From positions 1 to 21,849 of IMG/VR virus record IMGVR_UViG_2693429728_000015: a stretch of 21,849 bases of DNA. One strand, written 5' to 3'. Shown piece by piece: positions 7,387-16,062 of the stretch. The DNA comes from a virus (lineage: Duplodnaviria > Heunggongvirae > Uroviricota > Caudoviricetes). The notes beneath the pieces were generated by a model. The model searched no databases. It had not been told where the DNA came from and saw only the letters and a list, made by a program, of their open reading frames with translations. Both the position numbers and the translations under genes were made by a program. Positions within the stretch are counted from its first letter, which is position 1. Each line of letters starts with the position of its first letter.

Positions 7387-8400
7387 TTATAAATTAGCCA
7401 GAGGGTTTTTTATTACTGCATCTTCAAGATGCTCTGGGGAAAAATGTGCATAAATCATAGTCATTTTTATATCAGAGTGGCCTAAAATATCTCGTAAAAC
7501 CAAAATATTACCACCATTCATCATAAAATGGCTGGCGAATGTATGGCGCAGAACGTGGGTGCATTGGCCCTCTGGTAACTCAATGTCAGCTCGCTTTACT
7601 GCTCGTTCAAAGGCTTTTCTGCAAGGAGTGAATAACTTCCCTCTGTTCTTAGGGAGTTCGTCATACAGATCCTGAGATATCGGCACGGTACGGTTTTTCT
7701 TGCCCTTAGTCTTGGTATAGGTGATCCGGTATTTCGATAACTGATGGCCCTGCAGATTTTCGGCTTCACTCCAGCGCGCGCCGGTGGCCAGGCATATTTT
7801 TGCAATTAAAAGTAGACTGGGGCTTTGAGAATCAGCACAGGCATCCAGCAGACGTTTAATTTCTTCCGGGGTCAGGAACGCCAGTTCACCCTCAGCAATT
7901 TTAAATGTTGGCAGCCCGGCAAGCGGATTGGGGGCTGACCAGTGGCCCAACTTTTTCAGTGTGCCAAAAACAGATGATAGGTTGCGCTGTTCAAGGTTTA
8001 CAGTGCGGGGCTTAACGGGCGACATAAGCGTGCCCTCTTCATTTCGCACTTCACCTTTTAGCCGCGCTTCTCGGTATTTAGTAAAATCACCGGCTGTCAG
8101 CTCTGAGGCGATGGGATCGCCTAGACCATTACAGATAATTCTAAGTTTCGCCATGAGGCGCTTGGGGTCTGCGAGTGTTTGACCATACAGGGAATACCAC
8201 TGCTCAATTAATTCTGATAGGTGTCGCCGATCTTCCTTTTCCCCCAGCCATGGCTTTTTGTTCACTTCTTCCATTGTGAAGCTTTCAAAAGCAATGGCTT
8301 CGCCTTTCGTAGCAAATTGCTTACGCACGCGCTTGCCATTGCGTCCATGGGGATAGCACTCGCACAACCATTTACCGTTTGGCTGTTTTCTGACAGTCAT
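7387..8400 (-). CDS. int: P2/186-type prophage tyrosine integrase
   Basis: It is 337 aa, the same length as P2 Int, and collinear with it as I recall it (GRNGKR.RK.F..K.EA.AFE; LATGARWSEAE; HVLRHTFASHFMMNGG; MIYAHFSPEHL). Confidence 0.92.
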   Translation of the reverse strand: MTVRKQPNGKWLCECYPHGRNGKRVRKQFATKGEAIAFESFTMEEVNKKPWLGEKEDRRHLSELIEQWYSLYGQTLADPKRLMAKLRIICNGLGDPIASELTAGDFTKYREARLKGEVRNEEGTLMSPVKPRTVNLEQRNLSSVFGTLKKLGHWSAPNPLAGLPTFKIAEGELAFLTPEEIKRLLDACADSQSPSLLLIAKICLATGARWSEAENLQGHQLSKYRITYTKTKGKKNRTVPISQDLYDELPKNRGKLFTPCRKAFERAVKRADIELPEGQCTHVLRHTFASHFMMNGGNILVLRDILGHSDIKMTMIYAHFSPEHLEDAVIKNPLANL

Positions 8401-8402
8401 GT

Positions 8403-9035
8403 TTAGATACTCTTTATTACTTTGACTGCACGCCCAATAACTTCCACATCATCAGTAGAGCACTCGAAAGACGCTTCATCTTGATTTACTACAATCTTAT
8501 TGCCGGGAATCCGCATGATTTTTGCAACAATAATCATTCCATCAATATTGATAAGCCAGAATCCATTGCTGACCTGTTTAATTGATTTATCGATGAGATA
8601 ACAATTAGTAGGGGTTTCTAAGAACATCAATTCTTCATAATCTGCAGGTAATATGCTGTGGTCTAGGAAAATCTCTTCATCAATACTGAGTTGTCCATTC
8701 TCCAGGGTTCCTTTAGGAATAGCTGGAGTTATGAGTTTGGATAACGGTTTAATTGCTTGTTTGTTCTCATTATGAGAACTTTTCTCAGGCTCAGCTCCTC
8801 CTTTCATGCTTCCCTGTCCTGTAGCTAACCAAAGCAACGAAACACCGGTTTCTAGTGCGCACTGAATTATCCAGTCAGCAGGAAAGCTGTCACGTAACAC
8901 TCTGTTTGCCATAGTGCTTTTTGAGACATTCAGGTGCTCGCTTAATGCCTGCTTAGTTGTGAATCCATAAGCCTCAAGCAGCCTTCCAATAGCTGCCTTA
9001 CCTCCCGTATCGGAACCCATTCTGATGTTTAACAT
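8403..9035 (-). CDS. cI: 186-type CI immunity repressor
   Basis: An N-terminal helix-turn-helix (GFTTKQALSEHLNVSKSTMANRVLRDSFPADWIIQCALETGVSLLWLATGQG) is typical of the phage CI repressor family. The gene is divergent from the early operon and sits directly upstream of int. GGAGA lies 6 nt upstream of the ATG. Confidence 0.8.
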   Translation of the reverse strand: MLNIRMGSDTGGKAAIGRLLEAYGFTTKQALSEHLNVSKSTMANRVLRDSFPADWIIQCALETGVSLLWLATGQGSMKGGAEPEKSSHNENKQAIKPLSKLITPAIPKGTLENGQLSIDEEIFLDHSILPADYEELMFLETPTNCYLIDKSIKQVSNGFWLINIDGMIIVAKIMRIPGNKIVVNQDEASFECSTDDVEVIGRAVKVIKSI

Positions 9036-9048
9036 TGGTGATCTCCAT

Positions 9049-9077
9049 TTGACAATCTTGAATCAAGATCGTAATGT
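9049..9077 (+). promoter_or_regulatory. Early lytic promoter (pR-like) with an embedded palindromic operator
   Basis: TTGACA (9049-9054), a 17-nt spacer, then TAATGT (9072-9077). The spacer contains the perfect 7-1-7 palindrome ATCTTGA-A-TCAAGAT (9055-9069). An extra TCTTGA half-site lies near 9087. Confidence 0.6.
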
Positions 9078-9156
9078 CTTCATGTCTCTTGATGTGAGAG
9101 TTTAAGAGACGGGCTAAAACGAACTAACACGCACACAAAGTAAGAGATACTGCACT

Positions 9157-9399
9157 ATGAGTACTGATATTTCAATTCGTGTACCAAAAGAGATGGCTAC
9201 GCCTGCAGAGTTCGCAGAGTGGGAGGGTATTTCCCGCGGCTCTGTTTACCAAAAAATTCACCATGGTCAACTTGCTAAGTACATGGTCAAGAAAGAAAAA
9301 AACAAAGGCCGCGTAAGCCTGCGTTATCTGATGTACAAAACCGATCAGGTCCGTGAATCCCTCGGTCATTCCAACTTCCGCGTCATTGTTGGTAAGTAA
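9157..9399 (+). CDS. Apl/Cox-like small helix-turn-helix protein (excisionase / early regulator)
   Basis: This is the first gene of the rightward early operon, opposite cI. It has an HTH-like segment, TPAEFAEWEGISRGSVYQKIHHGQL. The Shine-Dalgarno sequence is weak. Confidence 0.55.
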   Translation: MSTDISIRVPKEMATPAEFAEWEGISRGSVYQKIHHGQLAKYMVKKEKNKGRVSLRYLMYKTDQVRESLGHSNFRVIVGK

Positions 9400-9431
9400 G
9401 TTCAATTATGGGAACTTTCTAAGGGGGCACC

Positions 9432-9941
9432 ATGTTTGATTACAAGATTTCCAAACATCCGCATTTCGATGAAGCCTGTAGGGCTTTTGCACTGCGCCAC
9501 AACCTGGTGCAACTGGCAGAACGTGCAGGCATGAATGTGCAGATTCTGCGGAACAAGCTGAACCCAGCTCAACCTCATTTATTAACTGCACCAGAAATCT
9601 GGTTGCTTACCGATCTGACTGAAGATTCAACGCTGGTAGATGGTTTTCTGGCTCAGATTCACTGCCTGCCATGTGTACCGATTAATGAGGTGGCAAAAGA
9701 GAAACTGCCACATTACGTCATGAGTGCAACCGCAGAGATCGGGCGTGTCGCGGCAGGTGCGGTTTCTGGCGATGTAAAAACCAGTGCAGGCCGTCGTGAT
9801 GCGATCAGCAGCATTAACTCTGTTACACGACTGATGGCGCTGGCTGCTGTTTCATTGCAGGCCCGTTTACAGGCTAATCCTGCGATGGCGAGTGCGGTTG
9901 ATACCGTGACTGGCCTCGGTGCTTCATTCGGTTTGCTGTGA
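9432..9941 (+). CDS. cII: 186-type CII lysogeny-establishment activator
   Basis: It is 169 aa, the same length as phage 186 CII, and closely similar to it as I recall it (MFD..(I/V)SKHPH(F/Y)[11 protein letters not shown]...[20 protein letters not shown]; [25 protein letters not shown]). Confidence 0.85.
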   Translation: MFDYKISKHPHFDEACRAFALRHNLVQLAERAGMNVQILRNKLNPAQPHLLTAPEIWLLTDLTEDSTLVDGFLAQIHCLPCVPINEVAKEKLPHYVMSATAEIGRVAAGAVSGDVKTSAGRRDAISSINSVTRLMALAAVSLQARLQANPAMASAVDTVTGLGASFGLL

Positions 9942-9948
9942 GGTGCTT

Positions 9949-10245
9949 ATGCTGATGAAAGAACCATCATTTGCATCGCTCCTGGTAAAACAAAGTCCGG
10001 CAATGCACTACGGTCACGGCTGGATCATGGGTGAGGATGGTAAACGCTGGCATCCGTGCCGTTCACAAGATGAATTGCTGTCTGAATTGACCACGAGGAA
10101 ACGGAGAAAGTCCAAATGTATGCGGCAGAAAATAAAGTGGTTTATCACTTTCGTTACAGAGGGGAGAATTATTCAGTACCTGAAGATGATTTGCTCTGTT
10201 GCTATCCGTCGTTGTCGGGCGATGGTAGCTACTTTTTCACGCTAA
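9949..10245 (+). CDS. Fil-like small early protein. The start (9949 or 9955) and the 3' extent are uncertain.
   Basis: It lies directly after cII, as fil does in 186. The N-terminal 55 aa look protein-like (MKEPSFASLLVKQSPAMHYGHGWIMGEDGKRWHPCRSQDELLSEL). The Cys/Arg-rich tail overlaps the next ORF by 130 nt. Confidence 0.4.
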   Translation: MLMKEPSFASLLVKQSPAMHYGHGWIMGEDGKRWHPCRSQDELLSELTTRKRRKSKCMRQKIKWFITFVTEGRIIQYLKMICSVAIRRCRAMVATFSR

Positions 10246-10340
10246 AGGATGGAACCTTTATACGTGGTGAAAAAGTACAAGAAGTGATGCGTATAAAGAC
10301 ATCACCTCTTGAACGTTATCGGCGAAATATTTATCGGTAA
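10116..10340 (+). CDS. Hypothetical small early protein
   Basis: GGAG lies 9 nt upstream of the ATG. The composition is plausible (MYAAENKVVYHFRYRGENYSVPEDDLL...). Confidence 0.45.
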   Translation: MYAAENKVVYHFRYRGENYSVPEDDLLCCYPSLSGDGSYFFTLKDGTFIRGEKVQEVMRIKTSPLERYRRNIYR

Positions 10341-10579
10341 CGATCTATCAGTGTCTGTATCAGATGAGTGAATTCTTGTTGTTTAACCGAACCTAAAGGA
10401 AGTTTGTTTAATTCTTCGCGGAGGAGCTCAAAAAATGCTGATTGATTTGCTGAGTCAGTTCGAAATAAGGAGTGGATCAGACCTGAAACAAGAATTCGTT
10501 GAACAGCAACCTCATCGCGAAGACTGGAGATCTCGTTTTCAAGTTGCTCTAAACGCTCTCTTTCAACCGGGTTCAACAT
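10331..10579 (-). CDS. Hypothetical helical or coiled-coil protein, oriented against the early operon
   Basis: AAGGA lies 8 nt upstream of the ATG. The sequence is natural-looking and helical (ERERLEQLENEISSLRDEVAVQRIL...). It competes with plus-strand ORF 10435-10671, which has its own GGAGGAG. Confidence 0.4.
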   Translation of the reverse strand: MLNPVERERLEQLENEISSLRDEVAVQRILVSGLIHSLFRTDSANQSAFFELLREELNKLPLGSVKQQEFTHLIQTLIDRYR

Positions 10580-10660
10580 TGATGATTCCTTCTAGCTATC
10601 AATATGTTGGTAATGGATCATATCAAAAATTTTTTAGTAGATGTGTTGTGGGATGCATAA

Positions 10661-11002
10661 ATGGCTATTGAAGGCGCTGCGGCGACTGTTCCATTAAGTC
10701 CCGGTGAACGCCTGAATGGACTTAATCACATTGCGGAGTTAAGGGCGAAAGTATTTGGCCTGAATATTGAGTCAGAGCTTGAGCGGTTTATTAAAGATAT
10801 GCGTGATCCACGGGATATCAATAACGAACAAAATAAACGGGCACTGGCTGCCATATTCTTTATGGCAAAAATTCCAGCTGAACGTCATAGCATCAGCATT
10901 AATGAGCTGACCACTGACGAAAAGCGGGAGTTGATTAAAGCAATGAATCATTTTCGTGCAGTGGTGAGCTTATTTCCCAGACGGCTAACCATGCCGAATT
11001 AA
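10661..11002 (+). CDS. Hypothetical P2/186-family early protein
   Basis: A 113-aa ORF in the early operon with plausible composition. I recognise no motif. Confidence 0.5.
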   Translation: MAIEGAAATVPLSPGERLNGLNHIAELRAKVFGLNIESELERFIKDMRDPRDINNEQNKRALAAIFFMAKIPAERHSISINELTTDEKRELIKAMNHFRAVVSLFPRRLTMPN

Positions 11003-11069
11003 CCAACTAATGAAATTAATGGCGTAAACCCGCCGGGCATCCCTTTATCTAAATTCAGGAGAATTGATT

Positions 11070-11303
11070 ATGCGTAATATTGAAATCCTCACGACTAAAA
11101 CCGGACCGGATGACGCAGGGCTTAATATTTTACTGACAGAGGCTCGTCTGGAAGAACGTCGGGCAAGGGCTGAAGCAATGGCAGCTCGCCTTGATAGCCT
11201 GGCGTGTCATATCACATCCCGCCAGCTAAACCACGTCGAAGCGGCAGAACTGCTGCGTGTAACTGCTGAAGCAATCCAGAACGAAGCGCAGGAGATCCAC
11301 TAA
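11070..11303 (+). CDS. Hypothetical small early protein
   Basis: AGGAG lies 8 nt upstream of the ATG at 11070, so the TTG start at 11064 in the ORF track is unlikely. The stop overlaps the next start (TAATG). Confidence 0.55.
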   Translation: MRNIEILTTKTGPDDAGLNILLTEARLEERRARAEAMAARLDSLACHITSRQLNHVEAAELLRVTAEAIQNEAQEIH

Positions 11304-11530
11304 TGGCTGATGCAATGGATCTCGTACAGCAGCGCGTTGAAGAAGAACGCCAGCGCCATATTCGTGCTGTCCGTGCCAAAACACCGGGCGTGTCTCGCGT
11401 GCTTTGTATTGAATGTGAAGCGCCAATTCCGCCAGCACGACGCCGCGCCATTCCGGGAGTGCAGCTTTGCATTACCTGCCAGGAAATCGCAGAGCTGAAA
11501 GGCAAACATTACAACGGAGGTGCTGTATGA
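11303..11530 (+). CDS. TraR/DksA-family C4 zinc-finger protein
   Basis: [26 protein letters not shown] gives a CxxC-N17-CxxC motif, typical of the small zinc-finger proteins in P2-like early operons. Confidence 0.8.
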
Positions 11531-11829
11531 CAAGGGCAGTGCGTATCCATCAATTAAAAATTGCACCTAAGTATTTCAACGCTGTGGTTGCAGGTCAAAA
11601 GACGGCTGAACTTCGTAAAGACGATCGTGGCTATAAAGTTGGTGATGTTCTTTCTCTTTGCGAATGGAAGCATGGCGTATTTACGGGTAGGGAATGGGCC
11701 GCTGTTATCTCTCATGTGCTTCCGGTTAATGACGTCATGGCAGTTTCAGAACAATGGGTGATGCTATCAATTCGCCCATTAACCCCATTAGAAGCTTTAG
11801 GATATGTTATTGCAGGAGGTGCTGTATGA
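11527..11829 (+). CDS. ASCH/DUF3850-like small protein
   Basis: ATGA start/stop overlap at 11527. The N-terminus [35 protein letters not shown] resembles the ASCH-fold DUF3850 family as I recall it. Confidence 0.6.
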
Positions 11830-12683
11830 GTACCATCCTGAAATGGGCGGGTAATAAAACTGCCATTATGTCCGAACTGAAAAAACATCTTCCTGCTGGC
11901 CCGCGACTGGTTGAACCTTTCGCGGGTTCCTGTGCTGTGATGATGGAGACGGATTACCCCAGCTATCTGGTTGCGGATATTAATCCTGATTTAATCAACC
12001 TCTATAAAAAGGTTGCTGCTGATTGCGAGGCGTTTATATCTCGTGCCAGAGCTTTATTTGAGGAAGCAAACAGGGAGTTGGCTTATTACAACATAAGGCA
12101 GGAGTTTAATTACTCCACTGAAATTACTGATTTCATGAAAGCGGTATATTTCCTGTATCTCAATCGTCATGGTTACCGTGGGTTATGTCGTTATAACAAG
12201 AGCGGGCATTTCAACATTCCATACGGTAATTATAAAAATCCGTATTTCCCTGAAAAAGAAATTCGCGCATTTGCAGAGAAAGCCCAGCGAGCAACGTTTA
12301 TCTGCGCCAGCTTTGATGAAACGCTGGCGATGCTGCAGGTGGGGGATGTGGTGTATTGCGATCCGCCTTATGACGGTACGTTTTCCGGCTATCACACTGA
12401 TGGTTTCACTGAAGATGACCAGTATCACCTGGCATCCGTTCTTGAACATCGGTCATCAGAAGGACATCCGGTCATTGTTTCTAACAGTGACACATCCCTG
12501 ATCCGTTCGCTGTATCGAAATTTTACTCACCACTACATCAAGGCAAAACGCAGCATCGGTGTAGCAGCTGGTGAGAGTAAATCTGCAACAGAAATCATCG
12601 CTGTTTCCGGGCCGCGCTGCTGGGTGGGATTTGATCCTTCGCGTGGCGTGGATAGTTCTGCCGTGTACGGAGTGCGTGCATGA
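11826..12683 (+). CDS. dam: Dam-type DNA adenine (GATC) methyltransferase
   Basis: [11 protein letters not shown]...[10 protein letters not shown]...[10 protein letters not shown]...YCDPPY, which includes the DPPY catalytic motif. At about 285 aa it is similar in size to E. coli Dam. ATGA overlap with the upstream gene. The ORF-track start at 11754 is an upstream extension. Confidence 0.9.
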
Positions 12684-15094
12684 GCCATGCTGATATGAAC
12701 AACTGCAGCGGCTTTAACGAGGTCGCCGCAGCATTCTCATGGAACAGCCCGAAAAAGGCCATTAACCCTTATCTGGACCCGGCGGAAGTTGCGCCGGTTT
12801 CTGCGCTTTCAAACCTGATCACTCTGTACGCTACTGATAACGAGCAGGAACAACTGCGCCGCGAGGCACTGAGTGATCAGGTTTGGGAGCGTTATTTCTT
12901 TAATGAATCCCGTGATCCTGTCCAGCGCGAAATGGAGCAGGATAAGCTCATTAGCCGGGCAAAGTTGGCGCATGAGCAGCAGCGTTTTAACCCGGACATG
13001 GTCATTCTGGCAGACGTTAACGCCCAGCCTTCCCATATCAGCAGGCCGCTGATGCAACGTATTGAATACTTCAGCAGCCTTGGCAGGCCAAAGGCTTATT
13101 CCCGCTATTTGCGTGAGACGATTAAGCCATGTCTGGAACGGCTGGAGCATGTACGCGACAGTCAGCTATCCACTTCTTTTCGCTTTATGGCAAGCCATGA
13201 AGGGCTGGACGGCCTGCTGATTCTGCCTGAAATGAGTCAGGATCAGGTGAAACGCCTGTCCACCCTTGTTGCTGCGCATATGAGCATGTGCCTTGATGCA
13301 GCTTGTGGCGATTTGTATGCCACCGATGACGTTAAGCCAGAAGAAATCCGCAAGACATGGGAAAAGGTGGCAGCAGAAACCCTGCGACTGGATGTCATAC
13401 CGCCTGCGTTTGAGCAACTCCGCCGGAAAAGAAACCGCCGCAAACCTGTGCCCTATGAACTCATTCCGGGTTCGCTGGCGCGTATGCTGTGCGCCGACTG
13501 GTGGTATCGGAAATTATGGAAGATGCGTTGCGAATGGCGGGAAGAGCAGTTGCGTGCTGTCAGCCTGGTCAGCAAAAAAGCATCTCCCTATGTCAGCTAT
13601 GAAGCCGTGATGCATAAACGTGAGCAGCGCCGTAAGTCGCTGGAGTTTTTCCGTTCTCATGAACTGGTGAACGAAGACGGCGACACGCTGAACATGGAGG
13701 ATGTGGTAAACGCCAGCAGCAGCAACCCGGCGCATCGCCGCAATGAGATGATGGCCTGTGTTAAAGGCCTGGAACTTATCGCGGAAATGCGTGGTGACTG
13801 CGCCGTTTTCTACACCATCACCTGTCCGTCACGTTTCCATTCCACGCTAAATAACGGCAGGCCAAACCCGACCTGGACCAACGCGACAGTAAGACAAAGC
13901 AGCGATTATCTGGTCGGCATGTTTGCTGCATTTCGTAAGGCTATGCACAAAGCCGGGTTGCGCTGGTATGGCGTGCGGGTGGCTGAGCCACATCATGACG
14001 GTACAGTTCACTGGCACCTGTTGTGTTTTATGCGCAAAAAAGACCGCCGCGCCATCACTGCATTACTGCGTAAGTTTGCCATCCGTGAAGACCGCGAGGA
14101 GCTGGGCAATAACACGGGGCCGCGCTTTAAGTCTGAGTTGATTAACCCGCGCAAAGGAACGCCGACAAGCTACATCGCGAAATATATCAGTAAGAACATT
14201 GACGGGCGTGGTCTGGCTGGCGAGATCAGCAAGGAAACGGGTAAATCCCTGCGTGATAACGCTGAATACGTGAATGCCTGGGCGTCTCTGCATCGTGTTC
14301 AGCAATTCCGCTTCTTTGGTATTCCGGGGCGTCAGGCTTATCGTGAACTGCGATTGCTGGCTGGTCAGGCGGCAAGGCAGCAGGGTGACAAAAAAGCAGG
14401 TGCGCCGGTACTGGATAACCCACGCCTTGATGCCATCCTGGCTGCTGCTGATGCTGGCTGTTTTGCGACCTACATCATGAAGCAGGGCGGCGTGCTGGTT
14501 CCCCGCAAATATCACCTTATCAGAACAGCTTATGAAATTAACGAAGAGCCGACCGCCTATGGCGATCACGGTATTCGTATTTATGGCATCTGGTCACCCA
14601 TTGCAGAGGGCAAGATCTGCACTCATGCAGTGAAGTGGAAAATGGTTCGTAAGGCCGTTGACGTTCAGGAGGCGGCAGCCGAACAGGGCGCTTGCGCCCC
14701 TTGGACTCGTGGCAATAACTGTCCCCTTGCTGAAAATTTGAACCAACAAGGGAAAGACAAATCAGCTGATGGGGATACCAGAACGGACATTACCCACATG
14801 GATGACAAGGAGTTGCACGATTACCTGCACAGTATGAACAAAAAAGAGCGCCGGGAACTGGCTGCAAGGTTACGCCTGGTGAAACCGAAACGGCGTAGAG
14901 ACTACAAACAGCGAATTACAGACCATCAACGACAGCAGCTCGTCTATGAACTGAAGTCCAGAGGATTTGATGGCAGCGAGAAAGAGGTCGATTTACTCCT
15001 TCGCGGCGGCAGTATTCCGTCAGGAGCAGGCCTGCGTGTCTTCTATCGGAACCAGCGTTTGCAGGAAGATGATAAGTGGCGGAACCTGTATTAA
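12680..15094 (+). CDS. A: P2 gpA-family replication initiation endonuclease (rolling-circle nickase)
   Basis: An HUH-type motif, [11 protein letters not shown], and the paired-tyrosine motif YIAKYISKN. The size and the position downstream of dam, at the end of the early operon, both fit. ATGA overlap with dam. Confidence 0.9.
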   Translation: MSHADMNNCSGFNEVAAAFSWNSPKKAINPYLDPAEVAPVSALSNLITLYATDNEQEQLRREALSDQVWERYFFNESRDPVQREMEQDKLISRAKLAHEQQRFNPDMVILADVNAQPSHISRPLMQRIEYFSSLGRPKAYSRYLRETIKPCLERLEHVRDSQLSTSFRFMASHEGLDGLLILPEMSQDQVKRLSTLVAAHMSMCLDAACGDLYATDDVKPEEIRKTWEKVAAETLRLDVIPPAFEQLRRKRNRRKPVPYELIPGSLARMLCADWWYRKLWKMRCEWREEQLRAVSLVSKKASPYVSYEAVMHKREQRRKSLEFFRSHELVNEDGDTLNMEDVVNASSSNPAHRRNEMMACVKGLELIAEMRGDCAVFYTITCPSRFHSTLNNGRPNPTWTNATVRQSSDYLVGMFAAFRKAMHKAGLRWYGVRVAEPHHDGTVHWHLLCFMRKKDRRAITALLRKFAIREDREELGNNTGPRFKSELINPRKGTPTSYIAKYISKNIDGRGLAGEISKETGKSLRDNAEYVNAWASLHRVQQFRFFGIPGRQAYRELRLLAGQAARQQGDKKAGAPVLDNPRLDAILAAADAGCFATYIMKQGGVLVPRKYHLIRTAYEINEEPTAYGDHGIRIYGIWSPIAEGKICTHAVKWKMVRKAVDVQEAAAEQGACAPWTRGNNCPLAENLNQQGKDKSADGDTRTDITHMDDKELHDYLHSMNKKERRELAARLRLVKPKRRRDYKQRITDHQRQQLVYELKSRGFDGSEKEVDLLLRGGSIPSGAGLRVFYRNQRLQEDDKWRNLY

Positions 15095-15186
15095 TTACGC
15101 GGGTTAACAATTCGTGCTCTTAATAATACCAGGCATATCAGGCTGATGAACGTAAAAAAACGTTTTACATCAGTAAGATTATCATA

Positions 15187-15206
15187 TACTGTAAATATAA
15201 ACAGTG
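15187..15206 (+). promoter_or_regulatory. LexA (SOS) box overlapping a promoter for the downstream two-gene operon
   Basis: TACTGTAAATATAAACAGTG fits CTGT-N8-ACAG and is close to the consensus TACTGTATATATATACAGTA. A TTTACA ... TATACT promoter-like pair lies immediately upstream and overlaps it. Confidence 0.75.
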
Positions 15207-15247
15207 GTTATCTATACAGTATTGTTTGCGGTGTCATAGGAGGAAAG

Positions 15248-15436
15248 ATGCAGGACTATTTTTTGGAGTCTTTGAAGCTCCAGCGCATTGATTTTTTTCT
15301 TAAGCTTGTAGCGGCTAGTGAGTGTAGTGATGAAGAGAAGGGGCTGGCCCTGCAGTGGGTTTCTGAATTGACTGATGAACTCATGGCAAAAATCAGAAGC
15401 CACGAATACAACCGCTCAATGGATGTCATCAGCTGA
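15248..15436 (+). CDS. SOS-regulated small protein, possibly a Tum-type antirepressor module
   Basis: AGGAGG lies 6 nt upstream of the ATG at 15248. The ORF-track start at 15146 would run across the promoter and LexA box. The functional assignment rests only on position, by analogy with the LexA-controlled tum of phage 186. Confidence 0.5.
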   Translation: MQDYFLESLKLQRIDFFLKLVAASECSDEEKGLALQWVSELTDELMAKIRSHEYNRSMDVIS

Positions 15437-15446
15437 GGTGACTTTT

Positions 15447-15680
15447 ATGCGCATTGAAATAATGATCGATAAAGAGCAGAAGATTAGCCAGTCTACCCTG
15501 GACGCTCTGGAGTCCGAGCTTTACCGCAACCTGCAACCCATCTATCCCAAGACCGCTATCCGCATCCGTAAAGGGTCGGCAAACGGCGTTGAGCTGAGTG
15601 GCTTAAAGCTTGATGAAGACAAAAAGCGGGTGATGGAAATTATGCAACAGGTTTGGGAAGACGACAGCTGGCTGCACTAA
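15447..15680 (+). CDS. DinI-family protein
   Basis: MRIEIMIDKEQKISQSTLDALESELYRNL...IMQQVWEDDSWL aligns with E. coli DinI (MRIEVTIAKTSPLPAGAIDALAGEL...ILQETWESADDWF). GAGGTG lies 7 nt upstream of the ATG. Confidence 0.85.
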   Translation: MRIEIMIDKEQKISQSTLDALESELYRNLQPIYPKTAIRIRKGSANGVELSGLKLDEDKKRVMEIMQQVWEDDSWLH

Positions 15681-15798
15681 GGAACGTTCCTGATGTAAGA
15701 ACTTGAATCTGACGTCAGCAAGGTTGAACAACGAGAGTAGCGAGGCGTTAGCCATGGGTAAAAAAGACAGTAATCACCAGATTATTTATCGGGGCTAG

Positions 15799-16014
15799 GT
15801 GCTGGAACGTTTAACCCTTGGCGACTGGGTCTTCTTTCAACGCCCAAAGGAGTGTGGCGGAGGTTTTTGGTTGGGCCGCATCTATGAAGACTGCTTCTGG
15901 CTTGAGCTGGAATTCCCCGTTTCGCTATATGACGGCCTGGGGTTTTTGATGGAAGTCACTAGGGTAGAGCAGAGAAGTGATGAGGTTGACGCGAATTATC
16001 CCCTGTTTGATTAA
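15799..16014 (+). CDS. Hypothetical 71-aa ORF with a GTG start
   Basis: Only an open frame with a weak GGGG upstream. The product is Trp/Phe-rich and I recognise no motif. Confidence 0.25.
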   Translation: MLERLTLGDWVFFQRPKECGGGFWLGRIYEDCFWLELEFPVSLYDGLGFLMEVTRVEQRSDEVDANYPLFD

Positions 16015-16033
16015 AAATGTATTAGCTTATAAT
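16007..16033 (+). promoter_or_regulatory. Sigma-70-like promoter for the 203-aa membrane-protein gene
   Basis: TTGATT (16007-16012) or TTTGAT (16006-16011), a 15-16 nt spacer, then a perfect TATAAT (16028-16033), 30 nt upstream of the ATG. Confidence 0.45.
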
Positions 16034-16062
16034 GGAATACTATTTTTGCAGGTGGGGGCGCA

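Noticed and set aside
11754-11825. Upstream extension of dam (ORF-track start at 11754), and likewise 11467 for the ASCH-like gene and 15146/15375 for the SOS operon genes
   Set aside because: Internal ATGs with strong Shine-Dalgarno sequences and ATGA stop/start coupling give products that begin like known family members ([16 protein letters not shown]...). The extensions overlap upstream genes or promoter elements.
11826-12683. Dam methyltransferase as part of a restriction-modification system
   Set aside because: No adjacent endonuclease-like gene is present. Orphan Dam genes are a normal part of 186/P2-like early operons.
12809-15110. Numerous ORFs of 60-170 aa on both strands inside gene A (for example 14063-14569 minus, 13293-13610 plus)
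   Set aside because: These are typical spurious open frames within a long, GC-rich, well-supported coding region. None has a recognisable motif or a Shine-Dalgarno sequence.
15681-15720. Short palindromes after dinI (GGAACGTTCC at 15681-15690, CTGACGTCAG at about 15709-15718) as terminators or operators
   Set aside because: They are loop-less 10-bp palindromes with no following T-tract and no repetition pattern. That is not enough to call a function.
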